A DNA stretch of 64,000 bases. Origin: an uncultured delta proteobacterium (GTDB lineage: Bacteria > Desulfobacterota > Desulfomonilia > UBA1062). This document shows, one piece after another, positions 33,709-43,988 of the stretch; the first letter of the stretch is position 1; every line of letters begins with the position of its first letter. Location: positions 512,001-576,000 of the forward strand of contig CAWAUM010000005.1 of the NCBI GenBank assembly GCA_963785235.1, given 5' to 3'. Under the pieces are notes generated by a model. That model did not search any database, had not been told where the DNA came from, and was given only the letters and a program-made list of their open reading frames with translations. Position numbers and translations under genes: made by a program.

Positions 33709-34359
33709 TTATGAGTTTCTACGCTCGGCCCTGAACCAGCCCGCGCCCAGAAAGATCACCAGCAGCAGCCCCCCGACCACGATGCGGAAATCAGGAAAAA
33801 CCAGCTCACTAGAGGTCGGTAGGAGGTTCAGTTCAGAGGCCATTAACTTGTAGGGCATGTACGGGACATACTTGGGGTCGGCCAGCAGGTCCAGGAAGGC
33901 TCGGCGGTCCCGATACCGCACCACGATCACCTCGTCCCAGTCATTCAGAGCGGGCTTGTATCCGAACAGGTTCTTGCCCTGGGGCTTCCCGAGATACACA
34001 GGATAGCTGCCCCGCTTGAACAGGAGGGGGATGGCGACATTTTCATAGATCTTGTTCGATTGTGCAGGGGTACCTTTGAAATCCGGCGTGCCGGGATAAT
34101 GCTGCACCTCGGGGAAGTTCCGCATGAGGTTGAGCATGAACACTGGCCTGCCGTCATCGCCCTCGGCCCAGGCCCTCAGGCGTTTGAGCGACTCAGCCTT
34201 TTCCGCCGGGGGGAAGGCGCTCTTTTCGAGGATCCCCATGTAGCGGCCGATCTCCTCCTGGCTGAGCTTCCCGGTGATGGGCGAATGCCAGAGCCAGAAG
34301 AAAATGAAGAAAAATATGAAAACTATCCCGAGCGCTGCTTCAAAACGATGCCTTTTCAT
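33709..34359 (-). CDS. Membrane-anchored DUF1330-like protein
   Basis: N- and C-terminal TM segments; VFMLNLMR and WDEVIVVRY..R.AF. Confidence 0.6.
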   Translation of the reverse strand: MKRHRFEAALGIVFIFFFIFFWLWHSPITGKLSQEEIGRYMGILEKSAFPPAEKAESLKRLRAWAEGDDGRPVFMLNLMRNFPEVQHYPGTPDFKGTPAQSNKIYENVAIPLLFKRGSYPVYLGKPQGKNLFGYKPALNDWDEVIVVRYRDRRAFLDLLADPKYVPYMPYKLMASELNLLPTSSELVFPDFRIVVGGLLLVIFLGAGWFRAERRNS

Positions 34360-34389
34360 AGAGCCTCCTCTGGAAATGAATTTCGGCCA

Positions 34390-35229
34390 TCACAGTCGGT
34401 CGAGCACGAGCTTAATGGTCTTCTGGGTCACAAACGAATGGAGTGCACGGCTCACCCGATGCATATTGTCGTTGAAGAACTCGTCCGGGCCGATACGAAG
34501 GACCGCAGTGTTCTTCTTCACGGCCTTCACGATCTTCTCCGCCACGTAGTCGGGCTTCATGGCCGCCTTGATGTAGAATTGATCCAGCTTCTTTATGAGC
34601 TGGTCGGCCGAGGTGTGGGCAGTGCCCGAGAACACCTTGCCCGTCACCGTGATGTTCGTCTTGACGATGCCCGGGCACACGCACGTGACGTCGATGCCGT
34701 TCAGCGCGGCCTCGGCCCGGAGCGTCTCGGTGAATCCCACCACCCCGTGCTTCGTGGCGCAGTATGCCGACAGGAGCGGAGCAGGGTGAAGCCCCGCGCC
34801 CGAGGCTGTGTTCACGATGTGCCCGCCCCCGCCCTGCGCGATCATGCGAGGATAAAAGTAGTGGCAGCCGTAGATGACACTCCACAGGTTGATCGCCACG
34901 ATCTGCTCCCAGGATTCCAGGGTCCAGTCTTCGAATTTTCCCGCCCAGCCCACGCCGGCGTTGTTGCACAGGACATCGACCCGGCCCGCGGTCTCGTATA
35001 CATGATCGCAGAAGTCCTTTATCTGCTCCTTCTTCGTTACATCCAGAACATGGGTAGATACGGTGGAGCGAAGTGCCTCGAAATCCTGCCTCACGCCTTC
35101 CAGGGCGGCTGCATTGATATCAGCGAGCACGAGCTTCGCGCCTTCGCGTCCGAACGCCCGGGCCATCTCCAGCCCGATGCCGCTTGCCGCACCTGTGATC
35201 ACCACCACCTTGTCCTTCAGATCCTTCAT
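34390..35229 (-). CDS. SDR oxidoreductase (paralogue of 32850-33686)
   Basis: TGAASGIG, NNAG, YCATK. Confidence 0.95.
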   Translation of the reverse strand: MKDLKDKVVVITGAASGIGLEMARAFGREGAKLVLADINAAALEGVRQDFEALRSTVSTHVLDVTKKEQIKDFCDHVYETAGRVDVLCNNAGVGWAGKFEDWTLESWEQIVAINLWSVIYGCHYFYPRMIAQGGGGHIVNTASGAGLHPAPLLSAYCATKHGVVGFTETLRAEAALNGIDVTCVCPGIVKTNITVTGKVFSGTAHTSADQLIKKLDQFYIKAAMKPDYVAEKIVKAVKKNTAVLRIGPDEFFNDNMHRVSRALHSFVTQKTIKLVLDRL

Positions 35230-35272
35230 GACATTGTCTCCTTTCCTTGTCGTACTTCGGTTTTCGCCCGCG

Positions 35273-36097
35273 TCATAGGGAATTACCTAGATAGCCGACG
35301 AGCAGGGCGTTCAGGCGATCGGGCTGGTCCACCTGAATCCAGTGGGTCGAGTTGTCGATGCGCTCATATCTCCAGGGCGCGTCCACGTAGAGGGTGCTCA
35401 GTTTCATCTGATTCTCGGTTAGGAAATAATCGCCGTCGCTCCAGATGCCGAGCACCGGCACCTTCGCATGGCCGGTTTTTCCGAACAGCATGTGCACCAT
35501 GTTTGCACGGTACCAGTTGATGCCTGCACTGAGCCTGCCGGGCCGCCCCTTGTCATCCTTCCAGTTGACGAGTTCCGGATGGTTCTGCGAGAGCAGCTTC
35601 GCGAACGCCCAGTCGAAGGCCTTCGTGACGACATCCGGGATAACTGGGATCTGGAACGCAAAGGCATACCAGGAGCGGACCTTCTGCTCGAACCCACCTT
35701 TCCTGTAGGAAGTCGGGTGGCCCACAGACATGGCCACGTAGCGGTCTACGCGCTCGGGGTGCGCGAGAGCTACGTGCCAGCCCAGGATGGCTCCCCAGTC
35801 GTGACCGACGAGCCTTGCCTTTCCGATGCCCAAGCCGTCCATCAGGCCGATGACGTCATTTATAAGGATAGCCAGCTTGTAGTTGGCCCTGCCGGTGGGG
35901 GCTTCCGATTCGCCGCTTCCCCTCAGGTCGGGAACAATGACCCGGTACCCTGCCTGCACGAGCGCCGGGATCTGGTTGCGCCAGATGAGCGAGCTGTCCG
36001 GGAACCCGTGCAGTAGAATCACGTCAGGGCCTGCGCCCTCGACGATTACATTGAACCTGACGCCGTTGGCGACGATATTTCGTTCCATGAATCTCAT
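35273..36097 (-). CDS. Alpha/beta hydrolase, epoxide hydrolase-like
   Basis: LLHGFPD, GHDWGA (Asp nucleophile), HW..DQP. Confidence 0.92.
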   Translation of the reverse strand: MRFMERNIVANGVRFNVIVEGAGPDVILLHGFPDSSLIWRNQIPALVQAGYRVIVPDLRGSGESEAPTGRANYKLAILINDVIGLMDGLGIGKARLVGHDWGAILGWHVALAHPERVDRYVAMSVGHPTSYRKGGFEQKVRSWYAFAFQIPVIPDVVTKAFDWAFAKLLSQNHPELVNWKDDKGRPGRLSAGINWYRANMVHMLFGKTGHAKVPVLGIWSDGDYFLTENQMKLSTLYVDAPWRYERIDNSTHWIQVDQPDRLNALLVGYLGNSL

Positions 36098-36179
36098 ATC
36101 AATCCCCCATGCTCATGCAGGTGGTACTGAGAGGCCCAGGCCCGGGGAGGCTGTCGCCAGACCCGAAGCCCCTCCTGGT

Positions 36180-37496
36180 TTACTGCCGCGCCTCAACCCT
36201 TTTCTTGTTCGCTTCCATCATTTCGACAAACCCGTCGATCCTCGTGGTAATGGGACCTTCGGCGTATGCCCTGGGATCGCAGTGGTCCGTGTTCAGTATC
36301 AGCACAGGTATGCCATGCTTCTTGACGATGGCATCGCGCAGGTCCTGGAGGCCCGTGCTCTGGGGCCTGCAGCTCTGGTTGGCGTGCAGGATGACGCCGT
36401 CGAGATCGAAGTCCACGATCATCTTGTCGAAGTACTCGATCCTGTCATCCAGGTTCATGGTGTACGGGACATGCATAAGCTCCCTGGCTATCTGGCGTAG
36501 GGTCTCCTTGACCGTGGCGGCAGCGGGCTTCTTGCGCAAGGCGAAGGATATGGTGTACGAATCGGCCACGACGTATGCGCCCCTCTCCGCCAGCGTCTTC
36601 CGGTAAAGTTCCACCTTGTGCCAGATGACGATGCCGTCCCAGGCGATCCGGAATTTCTCCCTGCCCGACTCGATGACCTGTTTGTCGCTGTAGCGCTCGT
36701 GCGCCATCTTGAGATGCTTGCGGTAAAACTTCAGCGCGTCGGCCTCGTTCCACTGGCACACGAGCGGCAGCATGAAAAGCTTGACCCACTCGAAGTAGCG
36801 GTTTGCCGGGAAGCGCTTGCGGTAGTCGTAAATCTCCGAGAACAGACGGCCCATCTCGTAGGACCTGTCGATGGTCCTCAGGAACTTCTGCTCATTGAAC
36901 TTCTTTCCCGTGTGCTGTTCGAGGAACCGGATGAGGTCCCACAGCTGCTCCTCCACGTAGTCGACGTACTCCTCTATCCGCTCCGGGGTCACACCGGCCA
37001 CGTTGCTCGGGACGTCCAGCCCGAAATGGGGCTTGCCGAATAACTTGGCCTCGCTCTCGAGCCACTTCATGTGGGTGTCGCACACTGGATTGGCAGAGAG
37101 GTACATGTCTGCCGGCTCGTAGCCGCCGAAGTCTTCAGGCCAGCCGAGGCGAGAGGCACCTACGCTTGTCTTCATGTAAGAGCACAGGTCCTTGCTCAAG
37201 CCCAGGCTCTCGGCGTGCTCGATGGAAGGGAGGGTGCACTCGGCCGCTCCGGTCAGGGCTGCGTACGCCTCCGGGTAGTAGGGAAACAGACCAAAGGCCC
37301 GGCCGAACTCCACCGGGAACCCGGCCGTATACGCCCCGGTCTTGACCCAGGGGAAGAGCTTCATGAGCTTGGTCCGGTTGATGTACTGCAGGATGATCTG
37401 GAACATGCGCGGGGTCAGGGGCTGCTTCAGGTACCCCTTTATGCCCTCGACGAGCATCTTCGGATGTTTCATTATGAATTGGGTTATTCTGATCAT
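36180..37496 (-). CDS. 2-hydroxyacyl-CoA dehydratase subunit (HgdA/FldB-like)
   Basis: DLCSYMK, NPVCD, HANQSC, TRIDGFVE; start MIRIT after AGGAGG (shorter than the ORF track). Confidence 0.9.
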   Translation of the reverse strand: MIRITQFIMKHPKMLVEGIKGYLKQPLTPRMFQIILQYINRTKLMKLFPWVKTGAYTAGFPVEFGRAFGLFPYYPEAYAALTGAAECTLPSIEHAESLGLSKDLCSYMKTSVGASRLGWPEDFGGYEPADMYLSANPVCDTHMKWLESEAKLFGKPHFGLDVPSNVAGVTPERIEEYVDYVEEQLWDLIRFLEQHTGKKFNEQKFLRTIDRSYEMGRLFSEIYDYRKRFPANRYFEWVKLFMLPLVCQWNEADALKFYRKHLKMAHERYSDKQVIESGREKFRIAWDGIVIWHKVELYRKTLAERGAYVVADSYTISFALRKKPAAATVKETLRQIARELMHVPYTMNLDDRIEYFDKMIVDFDLDGVILHANQSCRPQSTGLQDLRDAIVKKHGIPVLILNTDHCDPRAYAEGPITTRIDGFVEMMEANKKRVEARQ

Positions 37497-37510
37497 GGTA
37501 ATCCTCCTGA

Positions 37511-38566
37511 TTATATGATCTCTCGAAAGGTCTCGAGACGGCTGACGACCTGCTGATCGATGACAGGGGTATACTCCCGCTCTATGGTGATGACCTTGTA
37601 CCCGGCCTTCTTCACCTGGTCCGTCATGTACGGCAGATCGAGGAGGTGGGGCTCGCAGAACTTGAGGTTCTGGAATACCACGCCTTTGACTGGGGTCTCC
37701 CTGAGGCATGCGAGCAGGTAGTCGAGACGCGCCTCGAACGGAAGCCTCGTGGGCGGCTGGGGGATCTTGGAGTTGTACTCTACGAGCGCCTCCACGGGAT
37801 CGCCGGTCTCGGGGATCGACTGGGCATAGTATCGCTCCCCCAGGGACATGTCGTCGCGAACGCACCGCAACCCTGCGCTCTCGAGCACTTCCATCCATTC
37901 CGGATAGCTGATATCCGAGCCGGTCACCAGCACGGGCACCATGCCCGAAGGGAATTCCGGCCGCGCCTCCCAGTCCTTCAAGGTCGATTCCAGCTCCCTG
38001 ATGAGTTCGGGCTTCGGTGTCTGGATGCTCTTGCGCATGATCTGCTGATACTCGGGGTTCGGGATGTCCTTTTTCGAGCGGAGGGCCCCAAGCCCCCTCA
38101 GGAGGGCCTTTATCCTGTTCGACGTTCTGATGGCTTCGCCCAGCTTCTTATTTGAGATATCAATGTTGAAGGCCTTCTCGAGGTGGTCGATGAACCGCTT
38201 CAACTCGCGCACGTGGAACTTTCTCGCTGGCCCGTTATTGTTGGCCGGGGTGTTGATCCAGTACAGGAAGGGGGTCTCGACGTGGTATTTCCAGATGTCG
38301 AACTGGTTGTTCGTGGTGTCGCAGCCGTGGCAGAAGGCGATACCCGCCCACTCATTCGACTTCAGCATCCCTTCCGTCAGGGCGCTTCGCGAGAACGGGC
38401 AGATGTAGTTGTGCACGTACCGGTCAGCCAGGTCGGTTGACTCATGGACATCTCCCAGTATCTTGTAGGGAGTGAACCCTGCGGCCATGACGATCTCTTC
38501 CGGGAACTCATGCCCTGTGTCGTAGTAGGCGAATTTCCTCAGCTCATCATTTTTTTTCGAACCCAT
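37511..38566 (-). CDS. 2-hydroxyacyl-CoA dehydratase subunit (HgdB/FldC-like)
   Basis: PEEIVMAAG, YICPFSRS, HGCD, LKFCEPH, RLETFRE. Confidence 0.9.
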   Translation of the reverse strand: MGSKKNDELRKFAYYDTGHEFPEEIVMAAGFTPYKILGDVHESTDLADRYVHNYICPFSRSALTEGMLKSNEWAGIAFCHGCDTTNNQFDIWKYHVETPFLYWINTPANNNGPARKFHVRELKRFIDHLEKAFNIDISNKKLGEAIRTSNRIKALLRGLGALRSKKDIPNPEYQQIMRKSIQTPKPELIRELESTLKDWEARPEFPSGMVPVLVTGSDISYPEWMEVLESAGLRCVRDDMSLGERYYAQSIPETGDPVEALVEYNSKIPQPPTRLPFEARLDYLLACLRETPVKGVVFQNLKFCEPHLLDLPYMTDQVKKAGYKVITIEREYTPVIDQQVVSRLETFREII

Positions 38567-38583
38567 AGTAACCCTCCCTTGTG

Positions 38584-39861
38584 TTAGAACTTGTAGCCGA
38601 TAGTAGCGGCTATCAGGTGAGCCGGCACATCGAACTTGCCCGTTACTCTTCCTGCCGCCCCGTAATCTCCTGTCCCGTTGTCGTAGTCCCGCTCATCGGT
38701 CCAGAAGAGATAGTTGTACCCGAGGTCCAGCGAAATATTACCTGCCTTGTACCCACCGCCCAGGGCTACACGCCAGCGGTCGTTGGTGGGGGTGGTGGGC
38801 TCGAGGGTGTCGCTTGGTATCGGGTTTTCTGAATATTCGATCCCTGTCCTGAGAGAAAAGACATCGGTGAGTTTGTACGACGCCCCCAATCGGTAGGTCA
38901 GGGTATTGTCCCAGTTTTTCGGGGTCACGGATGTGGGCAGGTTGTCGAAATCAACTTTCATCTCGTCGATGTGCGACCACTGCACCCAGAGCACGTCAAA
39001 GTCCACAGCCAGCGGTCCCTTGACATAGGCAACGCCCGTATACAGCAGGGCGGGAAGCGTTATGACCAGACTGGCATCATCCTTAACGTTGCCTGCGCCT
39101 CCTGGAGTGCCCTTTATCGAGATATCACCGTCCAGTTCATGTCTCATGGCACTGCGATAGGACATGCCGAATTTCACATTGTCGTTCAGCCAGGCAAGGA
39201 CGCCAAGGTTGTATCCGTAGCTCACCTGATCATCGGCAGTGAGTTTCATATTGGCGTCAGGGTACACCGTTTCACCCACTACGACAGGCACCTTGCTCTC
39301 TAACTTAGCATCGGCCTTCTGAAGAACGAGCCCGCCGGAGAAGCTGATCTTCTGGTTGACGCGGTACGCCATCACCGGATTAAAAGAGACCGTGTTGATC
39401 TCTGCCATCGTACCACCGGATATGTATCGGCCCTCCCACCCGTCGGGCCAGTTCGTGGAAAGCCCGAAGTTGGCGAAGATCCCGAGCCCAAGGCTCAGCG
39501 AGTCGTTCAGCTTGTGCGTGGCAAACAGGCTGGGAATGTAAGCCTGGGTCGGCCGTGCAACGGTCTCCTGGCCGTCCGCTCCGAAGGCCGAGGTCCCGTT
39601 GCTCGTGAAGCTCGCATCAGAAATGTTCACGAAGGTGAGGCCCTGTGAGAGCTGGGTGCCATCGAGCTGCACGATGCCTGCCGGATTGTAGTAGACTGCC
39701 GAAGGGTTATCTGCCATGGCGGTGAACGCGTCGGCCATACCCGTTGCCTTGCCGTCCATGTGGTCTATGAAATACGCATTGCTGAAACCTTTCGACGGCA
39801 GCAGCAGCACCATGAAGATGAATCCACCTATGACCCATCCCCATTTCGTGATGTTTTTCAT
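38584..39861 (-). CDS. FadL/OmpP1/TodX outer-membrane transporter
   Basis: Signal peptide, ADNPSAVYYNPAG, C-terminal GYKF; start MKNITKW. Confidence 0.92.
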   Translation of the reverse strand: MKNITKWGWVIGGFIFMVLLLPSKGFSNAYFIDHMDGKATGMADAFTAMADNPSAVYYNPAGIVQLDGTQLSQGLTFVNISDASFTSNGTSAFGADGQETVARPTQAYIPSLFATHKLNDSLSLGLGIFANFGLSTNWPDGWEGRYISGGTMAEINTVSFNPVMAYRVNQKISFSGGLVLQKADAKLESKVPVVVGETVYPDANMKLTADDQVSYGYNLGVLAWLNDNVKFGMSYRSAMRHELDGDISIKGTPGGAGNVKDDASLVITLPALLYTGVAYVKGPLAVDFDVLWVQWSHIDEMKVDFDNLPTSVTPKNWDNTLTYRLGASYKLTDVFSLRTGIEYSENPIPSDTLEPTTPTNDRWRVALGGGYKAGNISLDLGYNYLFWTDERDYDNGTGDYGAAGRVTGKFDVPAHLIAATIGYKF

Positions 39862-39898
39862 GCCCCTTTCCTCCTTCCAACTGTCTGATTTCAATCCC

Positions 39899-40666
39899 TT
39901 ATTCCCTGCCAGCCATGATGGCCGCCCCGATGGCACCGTTGACCTGGGCTGTCTCGGGCACGTCGAGCTTTATGCCAAGTTTTTTTTCCAGGGCGTTCCT
40001 GATGCCGATATTCTTTGCTACCCCACCTGTCATCACCACCGGTTTTACCACTCCTGTCCGGCCCATCATTGAGACCATGCGTGATGCTATGGAATCGTGG
40101 ATGCCCGCAATGATGTTCTCACGGGATTCGCCATTACTGATGAGCGAGATCACCTCGGACTCGGCGAAGACCGTGCACATGCTGCTGATCCGTACCGTGT
40201 TCTTTGCCTTGTTGGACATGGCCCCGAAATCATCCAGCGGAACCTCAAGGGCGCGGGCCATCACCTCGAGGAAACGCCCTGTCCCTGCGGAGCACTTGTC
40301 GTTCATGACAAAATCTACTATCGCTCCGCCTTCGTCCATGCGGATGAACTTGCTGTCCTGGCCCCCGATGTCGATGACCGATCGCACCTTTGGCAGGAAA
40401 TGTTTGGCGCCCTCTGCGTGACAGAGGATCTCGGTGATCTTCTTATGGGCGATGCTCACGTTGTTTCGGCCGTAGCCTGTAGATACAATGCGGTCCACGG
40501 ATGACTCCTTGAGCCCTAGCCCGCTCAGGGTCCGCTCGAGGATATCCCTCCATGCCTTCTCCGGATTGTATCCGGTAAAAGAAATGTCCGTACACAGGAT
40601 CCTTCCGCTCTCCATTACAGCCACCTTTGTTGTTATGGACCCTATATCAAGTCCCACAGTCAGCAT
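39899..40666 (-). CDS. Acyl-CoA dehydratase activase (HgdC/BadF-like)
   Basis: GLDIGS, TGYGR, IDIGGQDSK, MNDKCSAGTG, SSMCTVFAESE. Confidence 0.95.
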   Translation of the reverse strand: MLTVGLDIGSITTKVAVMESGRILCTDISFTGYNPEKAWRDILERTLSGLGLKESSVDRIVSTGYGRNNVSIAHKKITEILCHAEGAKHFLPKVRSVIDIGGQDSKFIRMDEGGAIVDFVMNDKCSAGTGRFLEVMARALEVPLDDFGAMSNKAKNTVRISSMCTVFAESEVISLISNGESRENIIAGIHDSIASRMVSMMGRTGVVKPVVMTGGVAKNIGIRNALEKKLGIKLDVPETAQVNGAIGAAIMAGRE

Positions 40667-40706
40667 GTCCGGACACTCCTTTAACCTTTAATCAAAAATA
40701 CATTAC

Positions 40707-40826
40707 TCAAGGTTCATGCCATGGCATTGATGATAGTATAATCAATATGTTGCATAATCTGGTTGTCATGTTCGCCATATATGGTAATTAAAATAAGTTA
40801 TATATTGCTTATTTCACCATATATGG
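40707..40826 (-). promoter_or_regulatory. Sigma-54 promoter with IHF site and two palindromic enhancer sites
   Basis: Minus TGGCAT-GAACC-TTGA (40707-21); AATCAATATGTTG matches IHF consensus WATCAANNNNTTR (40740-52); CCATATATGG at 40775 and 40817. Confidence 0.75.
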
Positions 40827-40852
40827 CGTAATGATGATTTAATTTTGGGAGG

Positions 40853-42373
40853 TTGTTTATGGCACTGCTGGAAAAGGAAGCGATCGAGATATTCAGCCAT
40901 AGTGTCTTCAACAGCCACGATCTAGAGCTCTCTATCAATGAGGTCTATAAATTCTTCAAAAGATATTTTCCCCTGGATTTCATGAACTTGCCCATCTACG
41001 ATGCCCAGCTCGGCACCTTGCGATATCGGGCGTTCGTTACAGACGAGGGGGTCATCCTTGCGGACGAGACCGTCAGGTTGTCCAAGGCCGCTCAGAAAGA
41101 AGCCCTAAAAGTCATTTCCCAGAAGGTCATTTCCTTTGGAGACTTTCAACGCCATTCCATCACCAGGGAAGTCGCAGCCCATCTGGGGATCGACGACAAC
41201 GGAGGGGCCAGCATCGCCCTTGTCATTGAGCTGGGACCGTCCCGCTATGGGGTGCTCGGCCTCGCCGCCTGGGGGGAAGATCCCTATAAGGGAATGCACC
41301 TCAAGCTTCTGGAAGAGCTTTACGAGCCCATTGCAAGTACCGTGCGGCACATCCTGTCCCAGCTCGAGATCATAAGTCTGAAACAGCGCCTCATCAGAGA
41401 AAACCAGGATATCAGGAAGCGCCTGATGGGACAGCGCTTTATCGGTGCTGTAACTGGTCTCAAAGAGGTCATGTCTCTGGTCGAGCAGTCCGCCCCTCTG
41501 GATGTCCCTGTGCTCATCATGGGAGAAACCGGGGTGGGCAAAGAGGTGGTTGCCAATGCCATCCATCATCTCTCGAAACGTTCCGACGGGCCCATGGTAA
41601 GCATCAACTGCGGCGCCATCCCCGACAATCTGCTCGACAGCGAGCTTTTCGGCCACGAGAAAGGGGCGTTTACCGGTGCCGACTCCTTGAAGCAGGGGTA
41701 TTTTGAGCAGGCCGATCGGGGCACTATCTTCATGGACGAGATTGGCGAGCTTACCTTGCAGGCCCAAGTAAAGCTGCTCAGGGTGCTGCAGGACATGACT
41801 TTCCATCGTGTAGGTGGAAAGAGGCCCATTTCGGTGGATGTACGGGTGGTCGCTGCCACAAACCGTGACCTCACGAACCTCATTACGAACCTGCAGTTCC
41901 GAAAGGACCTGTGGTTCAGGCTCAATGTCTTTCCCATCCATATCCCGCCCTTAAGGGAGCGCAAAATAGATATACCGGCCCTGGCTGAATACTTTATCAG
42001 GCGCCAGACCATCGAAATGAACCTTCCGTACAAGTCCCAATTCACTCCGGGTGCAATAGAACAACTGCAGGATTATGATTGGCCAGGGAATGTCAGGGAG
42101 TTGCAGAACATCATCGAGCGTGCGTTGATTATTAGCCGTGGAGAACCATTGTCGTTCCCGAGCCTTGTCGGTGTTCCCCGTGAAGAATATACCGTTGCTA
42201 TTCCTCAGGACCCAGTCCGCTACCTGACCTTGGATGAGATAATAGACAAATACATCAGGCAGACCCTTGTTTTAACAAAGGGCCGCATCTCGGGCAAGAG
42301 AGGTGCTGCAAATCTCCTAGGGATAAACCCGTCCACACTGAGAGCGCGAATGAAAAAACTTGGCATCCTATAA
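40853..42373 (+). CDS. Sigma-54-dependent Fis-family enhancer-binding protein (GAF-like N-terminus)
   Basis: [33 protein letters not shown]-terminal HTH. Confidence 0.95.
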   Translation: MFMALLEKEAIEIFSHSVFNSHDLELSINEVYKFFKRYFPLDFMNLPIYDAQLGTLRYRAFVTDEGVILADETVRLSKAAQKEALKVISQKVISFGDFQRHSITREVAAHLGIDDNGGASIALVIELGPSRYGVLGLAAWGEDPYKGMHLKLLEELYEPIASTVRHILSQLEIISLKQRLIRENQDIRKRLMGQRFIGAVTGLKEVMSLVEQSAPLDVPVLIMGETGVGKEVVANAIHHLSKRSDGPMVSINCGAIPDNLLDSELFGHEKGAFTGADSLKQGYFEQADRGTIFMDEIGELTLQAQVKLLRVLQDMTFHRVGGKRPISVDVRVVAATNRDLTNLITNLQFRKDLWFRLNVFPIHIPPLRERKIDIPALAEYFIRRQTIEMNLPYKSQFTPGAIEQLQDYDWPGNVRELQNIIERALIISRGEPLSFPSLVGVPREEYTVAIPQDPVRYLTLDEIIDKYIRQTLVLTKGRISGKRGAANLLGINPSTLRARMKKLGIL

Positions 42374-42899
42374 AACGCTTACTCAAAAATGATCTGCTAA
42401 CCCCAAAATCAAATCATGAACCATAGATTATTCAACAGCATCAGCAGTTCTACCAGACCTGAGAAACTGATGAGTACATGCCATCAGGTTCGCTCTAGAT
42501 TGAACTGTCTGTTTGTGTAGGTAATATTTGCAAATCACCGGTTCTGGGACATTCTGAAACCACCCATCTTATTGCATAATCATAGCTTTAGCCAATACGA
42601 ATAGTTTTGATCAAATCAGTGGCATACAATGATACACGGTTGTACTTATATGGCTAATAATTACTGTCTCAACCTTCATCCGTTCGAGTAAAAGAGTTAC
42701 TGTGTATTTCCCTTAAGTCCTGGCCATTTGATTCTGTACGTCCTTACAGCTTAAAAAGAGTACAACATGTAATCTGTCAGAATTGTATAGGACCTGCTGT
42801 CAATAGGTTATGATCCGGATGTTAGCCTTCACATCATTTTAAAAACCTTACATGGCATCAAATGTGGTTGTCTCAAAAATATTATACATTATATTAATC

Positions 42900-43193
42900 A
42901 TCATCATCAGGACCATCGTCCCGATCATCAAGGCAGAATCTCCAGTTCCCGGAGGAGAAGACGAAAGCGGGCTGGGCGATATCCAGCAGAGCTTCTTCAT
43001 TTCGCCCGTGAAACCGGTGAACGGATGGAGCATGGAGTTTGGTCCTGTTTTCCTCTATCCATCGGCGAGAAATGATGCCTTGGGAACCGAGAAGTGGTGC
43101 GCTGGACCGACTGGTGATGTGCTGAGGCAGGAAAGCGGGTTCACCTACGGCCTGCTGGCCAATCATCTCTGGTCATTTGCCGGCACCGTATGA
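42900..43193 (+). pseudogene. Fragment of an outer-membrane beta-barrel transporter (MetA-pathway-like)
   Basis: RTIVP...GLGDI..SFF.SP...GP....P.A....LGTEKW.AGP...G.LANHLWSFAG; both ends missing. Confidence 0.6.
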
Positions 43194-43218
43194 AACTAAC
43201 AAAAAAAAGGAGAAAGTT

Positions 43219-43901
43219 ATGAAGAAATCAATAAAAATGGCAGTTGTAACAATGATCTGTTTCGCTTTCGCAGTGTCGGTCACTTCCTGCGCATAGGTTC
43301 AGAAGAACTCGGGTTTCCTGGGTGATAATTAGGTGATAATTACAAGAAGTTGGAACCGGGACCAGAAGGCTCTCTTAAAATGCGATGGATCAAGCCAGGA
43401 TATGATTTTACAAAATACAACAAGGTGATGCTGGACAGTGTTGTGTTCTACTTTGCCCCTGATTCAGAGGATAAGGGCATCGACGCTAATGTGATGAAAG
43501 AGCTGACAGACTCCTTCAACACTGAGCTGGTGAATGCCTTGAAAGACAAGTACACTATCGTTAATGAGCCGGGCCCTGATGTCATTCGCTGGAGGATTGC
43601 GTTGACAGGCATCAAGCAGAGCAGGCTTATCATTAGTTGTTTCTCCTCAGTCATGCCCCCCGCGCTGGCAGCCAATCCCGTAACCAAAGTCACCACAGGG
43701 GCATGGATCGGCTCAGGCGCAACAGGTGCGGAGTCGATGGTGCTCGACAGCATGACCAATGAGGTTATCGGCCTTGGCCAGGATGAACAGATTGCAGGGT
43801 TCACGGAAAGGTTCAGCACGTACGGGTCGGCTAATGAGGCCTTCAAGTTCTGGGCAACCAGAATGAGGGCTATAATGGACGTAGTTCAGACTAAGAAGTA
43901 G
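43219..43901 (+). pseudogene. DUF3313-like lipoprotein, disrupted
   Basis: Lipobox VTSC then TAG (43294); SGFLGD followed by tandem duplication GGTGATAATTA x2 (43321-42); remainder in 43350-43901. Confidence 0.75.
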
Positions 43902-43988
43902 TACGACGAGTGGTTTTACTAAAGATACGGGTTGAAAAGGTGGTGGCTGGTAGTTTAATATATTCAACAATGGGGAAAGGAGTGTGCA

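Noticed and set aside
34060-35520. Long antisense ORFs (also 44175-45404, 47061-47948, 13633-14616, 41105-41941)
   Set aside because: Shadows of GC-rich genes on the opposite strand with no motifs
37497-37898. N-terminal extension of the 572-aa ORF
   Set aside because: Overlaps the upstream dehydratase gene; the RBS supports a start at 37496
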